The notes beneath the pieces were generated by a model. It had not been told where the DNA came from and searched no databases. It was given only the letters and a program-made list of their open reading frames with translations. Source: Methanomassiliicoccaceae archaeon (GTDB taxonomy: Archaea; Thermoplasmatota; Thermoplasmata; Methanomassiliicoccales; Methanomassiliicoccaceae). Taken from it: a stretch of 64,000 nt of DNA. This document shows, one piece after another, positions 41,474 to 51,909 of this stretch. Position 1 is the stretch's first letter. Each line of letters starts with the position of its first letter. Made by a program: the position numbers and the translations under genes. The DNA lies in assembly GCA_040776945.1 (NCBI GenBank), contig JAXGZN010000001.1, forward strand, positions 32,001 through 96,000, written 5' to 3'.

Positions 41474-41510
41474 ATAACACGAAATGAAAAATCGTAATAC
41501 TTAATAAATA
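41474..41510 (+). promoter_or_regulatory. Candidate NikR-type operator abutting the TATA box of the ABC operon
   Basis: ATAACAC-N13-GTAATAC directly followed by TTAATAAATA, about 60 bp before the ATG at 41570. Confidence 0.5.
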
Positions 41511-41569
41511 ATATCTCTTTATGGGTGTCGAGATTCTCTGTTAGGCAGAGCGTTTCTTGAGCTGATGAT

Positions 41570-43210
41570 ATGGAAAAGGACAAGCTGGTGAAAATCATAG
41601 CGATAGCTATAGTGGCCATCCTAGGCCTTTCAGGATTATATTACCTCAGTACGGGCAAATCGAAAGAACAACCGACCGCCTCAGATGAATGGATAGGCAA
41701 CCTAAACATAGGTTATGTCACGACCGCTGGCAATCATTTCGGTTGGCAAGACATGGGCACCTATCTATTCCACGCGACTGTGTACCAAGAATCCCTGATT
41801 GGTATGGATTCCAATGGCAACTATATTCCCCGTCTCGCAGACCGTTGGGAGACCTCGGACTCAAAGACGTGGACGTTCCACCTGAATCGCAATGCAACCT
41901 GGCATGACGGTGTTCCTTTCACTGCCAGAGATGTGTGGTTCACAATCAATTATTCGTTGGAGAAGAGGCCGTGGGGCATGAACGATGCCAAGTTCATGGA
42001 GCAGATCGAGAGCGTGTCCGCTCCTGACGAGCACACGATTATAATTGTAATGGAAACAGCGTTCTCCAATCTACTTAACAATATGAGGATCGGGATGGTA
42101 GTGGTGCCAGAACATATCTACAAGCACGTTGCGGACCCTATGACCTATGGTCAACCATCCACAGAGCTCAACTCGACCATAGGAACTGGACCATATAAGG
42201 TGTTGGGCCTTGATACAACCGCGAGGCTGTTGAAGTTCACGGCGAATGAGGAATATTATCGTGGCGCTCCAGCTGTGAAGAACATCACCGTCCGTTTCTA
42301 TGGGAACAGCGACTCTCTGGTCCTTGCCCTTCTGAACGGAGACATCGATACAGTATTCGGTTGGGGGGCTGGGGTAGACTATTATTATGTGCCACAGATA
42401 TTGAGTAATCCCAGCATGAGAATTTCTTTGAACCCAAGCGTAGCGATGCACGCGCTCAATTTCAACTGCAACCGGACACCGTTCAATGATGTGGAGCTAA
42501 GGAAGGCCGTTTCTTACGCTCTCGACTATGTCCAGTTAAAGGACATTATCATGGGAGGCTATGGGTCTGTACCTAATACAGGGATCATTCCCTCCAGCAT
42601 GAAGAATTACGTTGAAACCGCTCAGTTCCAGACGAACGTGACTAAAGCAAAAGAGATGTTGACAACGCTTGGTTACGTCGATATCGACGAGGATGGGTTC
42701 AGAGAGATGCCGAATGGCAGCAAGTTCCAGCCCCAACTACTCCTATCGAGCGCAACGCGATGGGTCCGCTCTGCTGAGATCATAGAGGAGAACCTCAAGG
42801 CCGTTGGGATCGATGTGCAGTTGAAGGTCGTCTCTTCGGGCTTTGCGGGGGAGAAGGCGAAGCGCGAATATGATATGGTGCTCAGCGGCACCTCTCAGGC
42901 TGGAACGTTCGCATGGGAAAGTTATTATACCGTACAGGTGGACGGCTATGGCAGTCTAGGAGATTGCCAGGTGTTTGATGCTCAGCTTCAGAGCATAATC
43001 GATGCGTTGAAGAACAGTACCACTGATGGGCAACAAGCAACAGCGGCCAAGAACCTGCAGGAATATTATGCGGCGAAAATACCTGCAATCCCATTGTACT
43101 GGTTCTCGAACATCCAACCGTTCAACGGCAGGTATGAGGGCTTCGGCTATGATATCGGGTTCGGCACAGTGATGTGCTATGATACTTACTTCAACCTGCG
43201 GAAAACGTGA
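41570..43210 (+). CDS. ABC transporter substrate-binding protein, family 5 (Opp/Dpp/Nik)
   Basis: N-terminal anchor; PRLA..W...D.KTWTF.L...WHDG.PFTA.DV; GTGPY. Confidence 0.95.
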   Translation: MEKDKLVKIIAIAIVAILGLSGLYYLSTGKSKEQPTASDEWIGNLNIGYVTTAGNHFGWQDMGTYLFHATVYQESLIGMDSNGNYIPRLADRWETSDSKTWTFHLNRNATWHDGVPFTARDVWFTINYSLEKRPWGMNDAKFMEQIESVSAPDEHTIIIVMETAFSNLLNNMRIGMVVVPEHIYKHVADPMTYGQPSTELNSTIGTGPYKVLGLDTTARLLKFTANEEYYRGAPAVKNITVRFYGNSDSLVLALLNGDIDTVFGWGAGVDYYYVPQILSNPSMRISLNPSVAMHALNFNCNRTPFNDVELRKAVSYALDYVQLKDIIMGGYGSVPNTGIIPSSMKNYVETAQFQTNVTKAKEMLTTLGYVDIDEDGFREMPNGSKFQPQLLLSSATRWVRSAEIIEENLKAVGIDVQLKVVSSGFAGEKAKREYDMVLSGTSQAGTFAWESYYTVQVDGYGSLGDCQVFDAQLQSIIDALKNSTTDGQQATAAKNLQEYYAAKIPAIPLYWFSNIQPFNGRYEGFGYDIGFGTVMCYDTYFNLRKT

Positions 43211-43286
43211 AGGACGGGCGGAAAAACCGAGGGGCTGACCGCCCCTCTTTCATAATTAATTTAAGATAAAGCAGGGGACGAGCAGC

Positions 43287-44273
43287 TTGGGGTCTAGACG
43301 GGCTTGGTTCATCAGAAAGGTCGTGCGTTTCGCAGTAATATTATTTCTGGTCCTCACCATCACCTTTATCCTTCCGAGGATGATGCCCGGAGATCCGGTT
43401 GAGAACCTGTTCGGAGAAACCGTGACCCGCGTCGATCCTAGCGTGAGGGCCTTCTTGGAGGAGAAATATGGACTTGATCGCTCATTGCCCGAACAGTATG
43501 TAAAATTCCTATCGTCCATCTTTACCTTGGACTTTGGATATTCTATCACTCTGGGTATGGAAGTAAGTGACCTTATAGAACAAAGGATGACATGGACGAT
43601 AGTATTGTTGCTTCCGGCCATAATAATAGGGTCGGTCGCATCCTTCCTTCTAGCAACTAAGTGCGGCATGAGAAGGAACGGCGCTCTTGACCGAACGGCC
43701 AGTTTTTTCGCGATACTCATACACACCGTCCCCGGTTTTCTAGTAGCGATGCTTTTTGTTCGAGTTTTCAGCTTCGAACTTGGCTGGTTCCCATTGGGCC
43801 ACCTTCGATCCGGCGAGTATCAGGGGATCGTTGACCTCGGCGACATAGCCTACCATATGTTCCTGCCAATAGCTGTCGTCGCCTTGTTGGTAGGGTCGTC
43901 CCAATTCCTTGTTCTGCGCAACTCAGTGACCCAGATAGGGGATGAATACTTCATTTTCGTAGCGAGGTCCAAGGGTTTGCGTAGAAACGACGTGGAGACC
44001 CGACATGTAATAAGGAACGTCCTGCCGACATTCTTGAGTATGCTCGCCCTGAACATAGGCTTCATAGTTAGCGGCGCGCTGCTTATAGAGATCGTCTTCT
44101 CCATCCAAGGCATGGGCAATCTCCTTTATGACGCCATAAGGTTGCAAGACTACCCTTTGATGCAGGCGATTTTCATTATTTTGACGTTTTGCGTTCTTAG
44201 CATGAATTTGATTGCAGAGGTCCTATATGGTCTAGCAGACCCGAGGATCGGCGATTCACAAATCAAGGCGTGA
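43287..44273 (+). CDS. ABC transporter permease (OppB/NikB-like)
   Basis: PRMMPGDP, DFGYS, ARSKGL, GALLIEIVFS, DYPL, DPRI. Confidence 0.95.
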   Translation: MGSRRAWFIRKVVRFAVILFLVLTITFILPRMMPGDPVENLFGETVTRVDPSVRAFLEEKYGLDRSLPEQYVKFLSSIFTLDFGYSITLGMEVSDLIEQRMTWTIVLLLPAIIIGSVASFLLATKCGMRRNGALDRTASFFAILIHTVPGFLVAMLFVRVFSFELGWFPLGHLRSGEYQGIVDLGDIAYHMFLPIAVVALLVGSSQFLVLRNSVTQIGDEYFIFVARSKGLRRNDVETRHVIRNVLPTFLSMLALNIGFIVSGALLIEIVFSIQGMGNLLYDAIRLQDYPLMQAIFIILTFCVLSMNLIAEVLYGLADPRIGDSQIKA

Positions 44274-44279
44274 TCATCG

Positions 44280-45173
44280 ATGGACCAATTCGACAGATCC
44301 CAGATCTTGAAGTGGTTGAACCCTATAGGTCTAAGGAACTTTCACCTGGCCCTAAACTGGCTCAAAAGGAATCCGTATCGGGTGGTAGGTCTCTCGATAA
44401 TAACTGCTCTGTGCCTGATAGCGGCGCTCGCTCCTGTTCTTGCACCATATGAACCTCGATACATGGGATGGGCGCCTTTTCTCAAACCAGGTCCAGAGCA
44501 TTGGCTTGGCACGGACGATATGGGCAAGGACATCTTCTCTCAGTTCCTGTACGCTAGCCGGATTTCCATAGCCGTAGGATTCGCCGCTGCGACCGTGGCC
44601 ATTACGATAGGCGTGGCGGTCGGTCTTACAGCCGGCTATTATCGGGGGCGGGTGGAGGACCTTCTAATGGGAGCTACCGACCTGTTCCTTCTAATCCCAG
44701 CCCTTCCTATCATGATCTTGTTGGCCTCCTATTTAGGCCCCAGCGTCATGAACGTTGTCCTGGTGATCGCTCTCTTGTGGTGGTGTACGACCGCTCGGGT
44801 GGTCCATAGCCGGGTCATTCAGGTCAGGGAGATGCAATTCGTGGAATCGCTGAAAGCTATGGCGTTCAGTGACCACTATATCGTTTTCAAGCACATCATG
44901 CTCAATACCAAGGATGTCATAGTCGCCAAATGGTCCCTGGCCATTGCCTCCGCCATGATGGCCGAGGCGGGCCTGGCCTTCCTGGGCCTCGGGGACCCTT
45001 TCCAAATAAGCTGGGGAGGGATGATAAGCAACGCTTTCAATCGAGGAGGTTTCGCAATGAACCTCTGGTGGTGGTATGTCGCGCCGGGAGGGATGATCTG
45101 TCTGGCAGCCACCGCCTTCTTCCTGGTGTCCATGCAATCTAGAAAATCCTCCTATTCAATGGAGATGGTTTGA
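44280..45173 (+). CDS. ABC transporter permease (OppC/NikC-like)
   Basis: HWLGTDDMGKDI, EAGLAFLGLG, SWGGM, WWW..PG. Confidence 0.95.
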   Translation: MDQFDRSQILKWLNPIGLRNFHLALNWLKRNPYRVVGLSIITALCLIAALAPVLAPYEPRYMGWAPFLKPGPEHWLGTDDMGKDIFSQFLYASRISIAVGFAAATVAITIGVAVGLTAGYYRGRVEDLLMGATDLFLLIPALPIMILLASYLGPSVMNVVLVIALLWWCTTARVVHSRVIQVREMQFVESLKAMAFSDHYIVFKHIMLNTKDVIVAKWSLAIASAMMAEAGLAFLGLGDPFQISWGGMISNAFNRGGFAMNLWWWYVAPGGMICLAATAFFLVSMQSRKSSYSMEMV

Positions 45174-45174
45174 T

Positions 45175-46098
45175 ATGGAGCCGTTGTTGAGGGTCCGTTC
45201 GCTGAGCGTCACCTTTCCTACCCTTTACGGCCCATTTGAGGCCGTATCGGACCTGGACCTGGACCTGGCCCCGGGCGAGAGAGTGGCATTGATGGGCGAG
45301 TCAGGTTGTGGTAAATCGGTACTAGGACATGCGATAATCGGACTTATGTCCGACGTGGCTGATGTAAGAGGGCTAATCGAGTACCGAGGAAGGGACCTTT
45401 GCCGAATGAGCGAGGAAGAGGTCCGCAGAATACGGGGTGCGTCCATAGGCCTTATCCCGCAAAGCCCTGGCTCGGCCCTTGATCCCGTTTTGAGGGTTGG
45501 ACGGCAGATAGATGAAATGTATGTTCTAATAGAAGGGAAAGGTCAGAAGGAAGCAAAGGTGCTTACGATAAAACGACTGAACGATGTGGGTTTCGATGAC
45601 CCTGAAGAGACCTATGATACCTACCCGCACAGGATGTCAGGAGGGATGTGCGAACGTGCTTTGATCGCAATGGGGACCGCACTAGATCCTGACCTCCTTG
45701 TCGCTGACGAACCGACCAAAGGTTTGGACCCTGAATCTAAAATGCACGTAATCGACCAATTAATGGAGAGGGCAACGGGGAAGACCCTCCTCCTGATCAC
45801 CCACGATTATTACGTTGCCGCAGCCTGCGATCGAGTGGTAGTGATGTATTCTGGCCAAATAATAGAGGATGGGCCAGCTCATATTGTTCTTACCGCCCCC
45901 CGCCATCCATATGTAATAGGATTGTGGCAGGCGCTTCCCGAGAACGGACTACGGCCTATGCCGGGGACGATGGACAGGGACAAGACGGCAAACTGCCGCT
46001 TTATGAACCGGTGTCCGTTCCGCGATGAGAAGTGCCATACGCCTCAGGAGCTCAGAGAGATTGGCGATGCCCATCTGGTGCGGTGCTGTCATGCTTGA
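45175..46098 (+). CDS. ABC transporter ATPase (OppD/NikD-like)
   Basis: GESGCGKS, MSGGM, ADEPT, ITHD, C-terminal CRF..RCP..C..C. Confidence 0.95.
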   Translation: MEPLLRVRSLSVTFPTLYGPFEAVSDLDLDLAPGERVALMGESGCGKSVLGHAIIGLMSDVADVRGLIEYRGRDLCRMSEEEVRRIRGASIGLIPQSPGSALDPVLRVGRQIDEMYVLIEGKGQKEAKVLTIKRLNDVGFDDPEETYDTYPHRMSGGMCERALIAMGTALDPDLLVADEPTKGLDPESKMHVIDQLMERATGKTLLLITHDYYVAAACDRVVVMYSGQIIEDGPAHIVLTAPRHPYVIGLWQALPENGLRPMPGTMDRDKTANCRFMNRCPFRDEKCHTPQELREIGDAHLVRCCHA

Positions 46099-46975
46099 AC
46101 TTCGAGGAGTGAGCAAGGAGTTCAGAGATGGAGTCCTCGGGCACCGCAGAAAGAAGGTCTTGGACGATGTGTCCCTTACTATAAGAAGAGGCGACATTTT
46201 AGGGTTGATTGGAGAGAGTGGTTCAGGTAAGACAACCCTGGCCAAGATCGCCTTGAGGCTTATGGAGGCGTCATCGGGATCGGTCTATTTGGATGGCCGA
46301 GACGTCTCTCGCCTCAGCCAGAGGGAGTTTAGGGCCCTCCGGCGAAAGGTGCAGATAATCTTCCAGCATCCCGAGGGAGCACTAGATCCGCAATATCGGC
46401 TAAGGGAATCAATATGCGAGGCTTTATTGAAATCTGGAACTCCTCGGTCTCGTCTCCAAGACGGGACCAGAGAGGCATGCGAGCTTGTTAACCTTCCAAC
46501 TGAACTCCTAGACCGATATCCTCATCAAGTGAGCGGGGGCGAGGTGCAAAGGGTCGCGCTCGCCAGGGTGCTGGCCTTTGAACCCGATTACCTGTTCTTG
46601 GATGAGCCAACGTCCATGCTCGACCTTTCTGTTCAAGCGCATATTATTAATTTGATAAAAGGAATCTCAACGCGCAATAATACGGGCCTGGTGATGATCA
46701 GTCATGACATCGATCTCATACGATCGGTCTGCACCACCGCTGCGGTCCTGCACAATGGGCGTTTGATCGCTGAGGGCTCGATGGAGCTTGTTCTATCTGA
46801 GTCGAAGAACGAGCAAGTGAAAAGGATGGTAATGTCTTGGAACCAACAAAAGAGACATTTTCAACGGCAAAGAGCACTAGCCGAAGATATGCTGAGGGCT
46901 CCAGTGATGCTGCCCATGACCCGAAAGAATGAGGGTCCAGACCATATCCCAATGTTGACAGGAGAGGGCCGATAG
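46091..46975 (+). CDS. ABC transporter ATPase (OppF/NikE-like)
   Basis: [26 protein letters not shown]. Confidence 0.95.
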   Translation: MLELRGVSKEFRDGVLGHRRKKVLDDVSLTIRRGDILGLIGESGSGKTTLAKIALRLMEASSGSVYLDGRDVSRLSQREFRALRRKVQIIFQHPEGALDPQYRLRESICEALLKSGTPRSRLQDGTREACELVNLPTELLDRYPHQVSGGEVQRVALARVLAFEPDYLFLDEPTSMLDLSVQAHIINLIKGISTRNNTGLVMISHDIDLIRSVCTTAAVLHNGRLIAEGSMELVLSESKNEQVKRMVMSWNQQKRHFQRQRALAEDMLRAPVMLPMTRKNEGPDHIPMLTGEGR

Positions 46976-47034
46976 GGCCATCTGGCCTCATTCACGGAAG
47001 TGCTATATATCCTAAAAGGTTATGGGCCAATCCC

Positions 47035-48669
47035 ATGGAGACGATAAAATATATTTTCGTCACTGGGGGTGTCATTTCTGGCCTGGGTAAAGGCATCACC
47101 GCCTCTTCCATCGGCCGACTTCTGAAATCACGCGGCCTGGATGTCACCGCCATCAAGATCGATCCCTATCTCAATATCGATGCTGGCACAATGAACCCGT
47201 TCGAGCACGGAGAAGTGTACGTGCTCGATGATGGGGGCGAGGTCGACCTTGATCTAGGCAATTATGAGAGGTTCCTCGATATTAGCTTGGAAAGCGATCA
47301 TAACATCACTACCGGGAAGGTGTATCGGGCGGTCATCGAGAAGGAGAGGGCCGGCGAATATCTCGGTAAGACCGTCCAGATCATTCCTCACATAACCAAT
47401 GAGATAAAGCGGCGCATCATGACCGTGGCCGAGGGCTCCGGGGCAGACGTGTGTATCGTCGAGCTTGGGGGAACGGTCGGCGATATCGAGTCCATGCCCT
47501 TTCTCGAAGCGGTCCGCCAGATGAACACCGAGATGGGCAGGGGACAGAACTGCATCTTCGTTCATACGACCTTGGTTCCCAGGCTGGGAACGGTTGGTGA
47601 GCAGAAGACAAAGCCCACCCAGCACTCGGTGAAGGAGCTAAGGGCCATCGGCATCCAACCGGACATCATCGTGGCTAGGGCCAGTGAGCCGTTGGAATAC
47701 TCGATAAAGCGCAAGATATCCTTGTTCTGCGATGTTCCGCTGGAGGCGGTGGTCTCCACGCCGGACGCCGAATCGATATATGAGGTCCCCATCGTGCTTG
47801 AGGAACAGGGACTGACCGATTATATCCTCAAGAGGCTGAGCATCGACGCACCGAACAAGGACCTGAATGCCTGGAGGGAGTTCCTGGACCGGATCCTGTA
47901 TCCATCCAACACGGTCAGGGTGGCCATAGTCGGCAAGTATACCAATCTAGCCGATAGCTACCTATCCCATATCGAGGCGTTCCATCACGCAGGGGCGGAG
48001 CTGGGCACCAAGGTCGAATGCCGGTTCTTCGACTCTGAGAAGGTAGAGAAGGACGGCATAACCCAGCAGCTGGCGGGATGCAATGGCATTCTGATACCGG
48101 GCGGGTTCGGGAGCCGCGGCATCGAGGGAAAGGTCATGACCGCGAGGCTGGCCAGAGAGAGGGGCATTCCATATCTCGGAGTATGTCTCGGCTTCCAGAT
48201 CGCCACCATCGAGATCTCCCGCAACGTGCTGGGCATGGCGGGGGCGCACACAACGGAACTGGACCCCGATACCAAGTACCCTGTCGTTGATCTACTCCCT
48301 GAGCAACGAGGGGTGAAAGACATGGGAGGTACCATGAGGCTAGGCTCACAGAAGGTCCTTGTCAAGGAAGGCTCCAGGTCTGCCAAGCTCTATCAGAGCA
48401 CCGAGATCTTCGAAAGACACCGCCATCGCTATGAGGTCAACCCAGATTACATCGAACGGCTGGAAAGCGCCGGGTGGGAGTTCACTGGCCGTTCTGAGGA
48501 CGGCGTAAAGATGGAGATCGGGGAACTCAAGGACCACCTGTTCTTCGTGGCATGCCAGTTCCATCCTGAGTTCAAGTCCCGACCGAAGAGGCCGTCCCCG
48601 CTGCACCTAGGGTTGATAAAGGCGGCCCTTGTGCATAAGGCTAGGAGGGTCGAACGACAAGTCCTCTGA
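47035..48669 (+). CDS. pyrG: CTP synthase
   Basis: [43 protein letters not shown]. Confidence 0.99.
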   Translation: METIKYIFVTGGVISGLGKGITASSIGRLLKSRGLDVTAIKIDPYLNIDAGTMNPFEHGEVYVLDDGGEVDLDLGNYERFLDISLESDHNITTGKVYRAVIEKERAGEYLGKTVQIIPHITNEIKRRIMTVAEGSGADVCIVELGGTVGDIESMPFLEAVRQMNTEMGRGQNCIFVHTTLVPRLGTVGEQKTKPTQHSVKELRAIGIQPDIIVARASEPLEYSIKRKISLFCDVPLEAVVSTPDAESIYEVPIVLEEQGLTDYILKRLSIDAPNKDLNAWREFLDRILYPSNTVRVAIVGKYTNLADSYLSHIEAFHHAGAELGTKVECRFFDSEKVEKDGITQQLAGCNGILIPGGFGSRGIEGKVMTARLARERGIPYLGVCLGFQIATIEISRNVLGMAGAHTTELDPDTKYPVVDLLPEQRGVKDMGGTMRLGSQKVLVKEGSRSAKLYQSTEIFERHRHRYEVNPDYIERLESAGWEFTGRSEDGVKMEIGELKDHLFFVACQFHPEFKSRPKRPSPLHLGLIKAALVHKARRVERQVL

Positions 48670-48706
48670 GCTGACCCGGCCCGATCCGCCTTGCTCCTGA
48701 TCGGCC

Positions 48707-49429
48707 CTATGCCTTGGAAGGACCGCTCTCTCGGCCGAGAGGATGTTTTACCGGGCATGCCTTAAGGCACATCCCACAGCGCAGGCCGCTCAGCTCGGTG
48801 AACATGTATTCCTTGCACTTCTCCCTGGCCATCTCTCCGGAGGGCGAGAGGGCGCCTACCGGGCAGGCCTCGACGCATTTCAGGCAGTCCTTGCACTTCT
48901 CGCTCAGGAGCGCTCTTTTCTCGCCTGTGGGCATAAGTTCCGCGTCGGTGATGATGCCCATGAACCTGACCCTTGGTCCGTACTCATCGGTGATCAGGTT
49001 CTGGCTCAAGCCATATTGACCGAGACCGGCGAGGTACGCCGCGTATCTCAGGGACATCCCTGCCCTAAGGGTCCTGCGGTCGGCGTACCAGTAGCCGAAC
49101 TCGCTCCCTTCCGCTGGGACTATGGTCGCTTGGTTGCCCTGTTTCTCAAGCAGTCTGGAGACCTCGTAGCTGATTGACCTTAACCGTACAGTAGCTGCCA
49201 TCAAGGAGTTGGTATACTCTGCCCTTCCCTTGGGGAGCGGCTCTATGGAGCCCTGCAGCAGGGCGACCCCGATCACCACTACCGATCGGCAATCGCCCAT
49301 GATATCCTGCGGCATCCCTCCGGTGTAGATCTTATCTAAGAATCCTTCCGCCGGAGCGACGCCGAAGAGGTCCGCGCCCCTCTCCTCGGCCAGCTCCTTC
49401 AGCGTCCTGGTCTGAGGATCATTGTACAT
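48707..49429 (-). CDS. QueG/reductive-dehalogenase-like 2x[4Fe-4S] protein
   Basis: GADLFGVA, AAYLAGLG.YG, YGPRVRF, CKDCLKCVEACP, C...CGMCLKACP. Confidence 0.85.
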   Translation of the reverse strand: MYNDPQTRTLKELAEERGADLFGVAPAEGFLDKIYTGGMPQDIMGDCRSVVVIGVALLQGSIEPLPKGRAEYTNSLMAATVRLRSISYEVSRLLEKQGNQATIVPAEGSEFGYWYADRRTLRAGMSLRYAAYLAGLGQYGLSQNLITDEYGPRVRFMGIITDAELMPTGEKRALLSEKCKDCLKCVEACPVGALSPSGEMAREKCKEYMFTELSGLRCGMCLKACPVKHPLGRESGPSKA

Positions 49430-49547
49430 AGCCTGTAATCAACGCGGTTCGGGTTAAAAAGGCTTGCCGGACGATAGAGCTCTGATGCTGCTCGCCAGCA
49501 TATAGCTAGGTTTATATCGGCGGAGCAACTTGAGAGGGAACGGTCAC

Positions 49548-50183
49548 ATGCCCGATGACGATTATCTATCATTGCTCGGTCGCGCGAAGGAGAAGCTTCC
49601 GGAGACCATCGAGAAGCACGAGAGGTTCACAGTGCCTGAGCCGGACATTTTTCTTGAAGGGAAGATCACCGTGATACGCAACTTCGGGCAGATCATCGAT
49701 GCCCTGCGCCGGGACCCCGACCACCTTATGCATTATCTGTTGCGCGAGCTCGGTACTCCTGGACAGATCGAGGGGCAGAGATTGGTCTTAAAGGCCAAGC
49801 TGACGCCCGCCCAGATCAATGACCGCATCATGAACTACACCGAGACTTTCGTACTGTGCTCGGAGTGCGGCAAGCCTGACACCCGGATCAACAAGGAAGG
49901 CCGGGTGCTGGTCCTCGAGTGCGAGGCCTGCGGAGCGCACCGCCCGGTAAACGTCCGGAAGACCACCCGCGTGGCGGAAAAGGAGGGCATAAGAGAAGGC
50001 GGCATCTATGAGGTGATGGTCGAGGACGTAGGCCGCAAGGGCGATGGGGTAGCCAAGCTGGACAAGTACATCATCTATGTTCCTGGCGCGGCCAAAGGCA
50101 CGAGGCTCAAGGTGAAGATCCAAAAGATCTCCGGGAACGTCGCTTTCTCCGTGCCTGCCCCCGCGGACGCCCCGTTGAGCTGA
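49548..50183 (+). CDS. eif2b: Translation initiation factor aIF-2 beta with C-terminal TRAM domain
   Basis: RF.VP, RELGT, CSECGKPDT, CEACGA, then G.KGDGVAK TRAM domain. Confidence 0.96.
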   Translation: MPDDDYLSLLGRAKEKLPETIEKHERFTVPEPDIFLEGKITVIRNFGQIIDALRRDPDHLMHYLLRELGTPGQIEGQRLVLKAKLTPAQINDRIMNYTETFVLCSECGKPDTRINKEGRVLVLECEACGAHRPVNVRKTTRVAEKEGIREGGIYEVMVEDVGRKGDGVAKLDKYIIYVPGAAKGTRLKVKIQKISGNVAFSVPAPADAPLS

Positions 50184-50225
50184 TCGAACTTAGGGGCCAC
50201 CGGCAAGCTCGATGAAGGTGGCCCT

Positions 50226-51440
50226 TTGCCATTTTCCTATCGCATGTTGGGCCGCACGTCGCGGCAGTACATTCTGTCCATGGGTCTGGCGAACCTATCG
50301 ACTTATGTCTTCCAGGCCTACTTCATCATCTATCTCCAGGTCAGCGGGCTCACCTACTTCGAGATGAGCATCGTCTATGCGGTCAACCTTGTCCTGTGCG
50401 CTCTCCTCGGCCTTCCGATGGGGAACATTGCTGACCGTTTCGGGCGCCGAAGAGGGTTCGCTATCGGCGCCGCGATCATGAGCGTATCGATGCTCATCTA
50501 TGCCATGAACCGAACCTTCAGCGCCTTCCTCGTCGCCGAGGCGTTCTGGGCCCTCGGCTGGGCCCTTCTTAATGGCTCAAATGAGGCCTGGGTGATCGAT
50601 CAGCTCGGCAAGGAGGGGAGGGCACACGAGGGGGCCAGGACGTTCACCGCCATGATGATCGTTTCATATACCATGGGCATTGTCGGCGGGGCGATGGCAT
50701 CGCTGCTTGTGACCTATTCGCTCAATATGCCGTTCGTCGGAGCGACGATCATTGCCCTCATATGCACGGTCCTGGTATGGACCCGCCTTCCTGAGAACTA
50801 TGGCTCTGAGAAGGTCAAGCTTAGTACGATCCTCGGAGATAGCCTATCCTTCTACAAGGAGAGCAGAGGCCTGCAGCTGCTGACCGCCGGCGAGACCTTC
50901 CGATATGTCGCGCAGCTCATCTACCTGTTCCTCTATCAGCCCTACCTTGTTTCCACTGGCCTGGGTGCCGAGCTCCTTGGAGTGTACTTCTCGGTGCTGA
51001 TGATCACCAGCGCGACCGGAAGCTTGATCGCTCCCCCGCTCGCCGGGAGGATCGGCACGCACCGGGTCATGGCAGCATCGAGCTTCGGCCTATGCGCTGG
51101 TTTCGTGCTGCTGGCGATGTCGCCGGGCCTCGCGGCGTCTTGCGTCCTTTTCGCCCTGTGCGGCCTTTCCAACGGCCTCGGCTGGCCGGCCATGATGGTA
51201 TGGAGGAACCGTCTGGTGCCGTCCAGGATCCGCGCATCAGCATTGGCGCTGTTCTCATCCTTCACCTACCTGGCCGGCGCAGTGGTATCCATGGTGCTGG
51301 GCGCCTTGCTGGACATCGCACCGCCCGCCGCCGGATTCGCCCTTGCTGCCCTTATAGCCGTGACCTCGGTCCCAATGTACGTTCAAGCGGCGAGCGGAAA
51401 GGCGTTCTGGAGAAGAGGGACATCACCTGTGGTCCGTTAG
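50226..51440 (+). CDS. MFS transporter (12 TM)
   Basis: GNIADRFGRR motif A, SRIRASA. Confidence 0.9.
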   Translation: MPFSYRMLGRTSRQYILSMGLANLSTYVFQAYFIIYLQVSGLTYFEMSIVYAVNLVLCALLGLPMGNIADRFGRRRGFAIGAAIMSVSMLIYAMNRTFSAFLVAEAFWALGWALLNGSNEAWVIDQLGKEGRAHEGARTFTAMMIVSYTMGIVGGAMASLLVTYSLNMPFVGATIIALICTVLVWTRLPENYGSEKVKLSTILGDSLSFYKESRGLQLLTAGETFRYVAQLIYLFLYQPYLVSTGLGAELLGVYFSVLMITSATGSLIAPPLAGRIGTHRVMAASSFGLCAGFVLLAMSPGLAASCVLFALCGLSNGLGWPAMMVWRNRLVPSRIRASALALFSSFTYLAGAVVSMVLGALLDIAPPAAGFALAALIAVTSVPMYVQAASGKAFWRRGTSPVVR

Positions 51441-51909
51441 GATCCACTAACTGGGCCCTTGAGCGTTTATCGGTCCGGCCTGATCTGGCGTCGATCCGTC
51501 AGGACATGTTCATGCGATGGGCCTGTCTCAGGGGGAGGTCCGCTCCTCACTTGCCTCCCTGCTCGCAGACGCAGGGTCCGCTGGACCATGGTCCGATGGA
51601 TGTATCTGTGACATGGGCAGGTTCGCCCCCGACAAGCGCTCTTCACGAGCAAGAGCTCAGGTCGGGCCGATGGAACGGGAACACGCTGAAAAAAGATGAG
51701 GAGACCATCGTGGCCGGCCAACGGGACCTAGATAGGCGCCATCATATGCCAGCGAACGTGGAGAAGATGCTGGTCATTGCCGGGCGATCGTCGAACGGAC
51801 ATGGCTGGGCACAAAAACATGGAAAAAAGCAAGCATGAAAATATAAAAAAAAGGTGCCTCCAAAAAGGAGACCTCTCATAAGAAAGGTAGTTTGGGACCG
51901 TTTAACACA

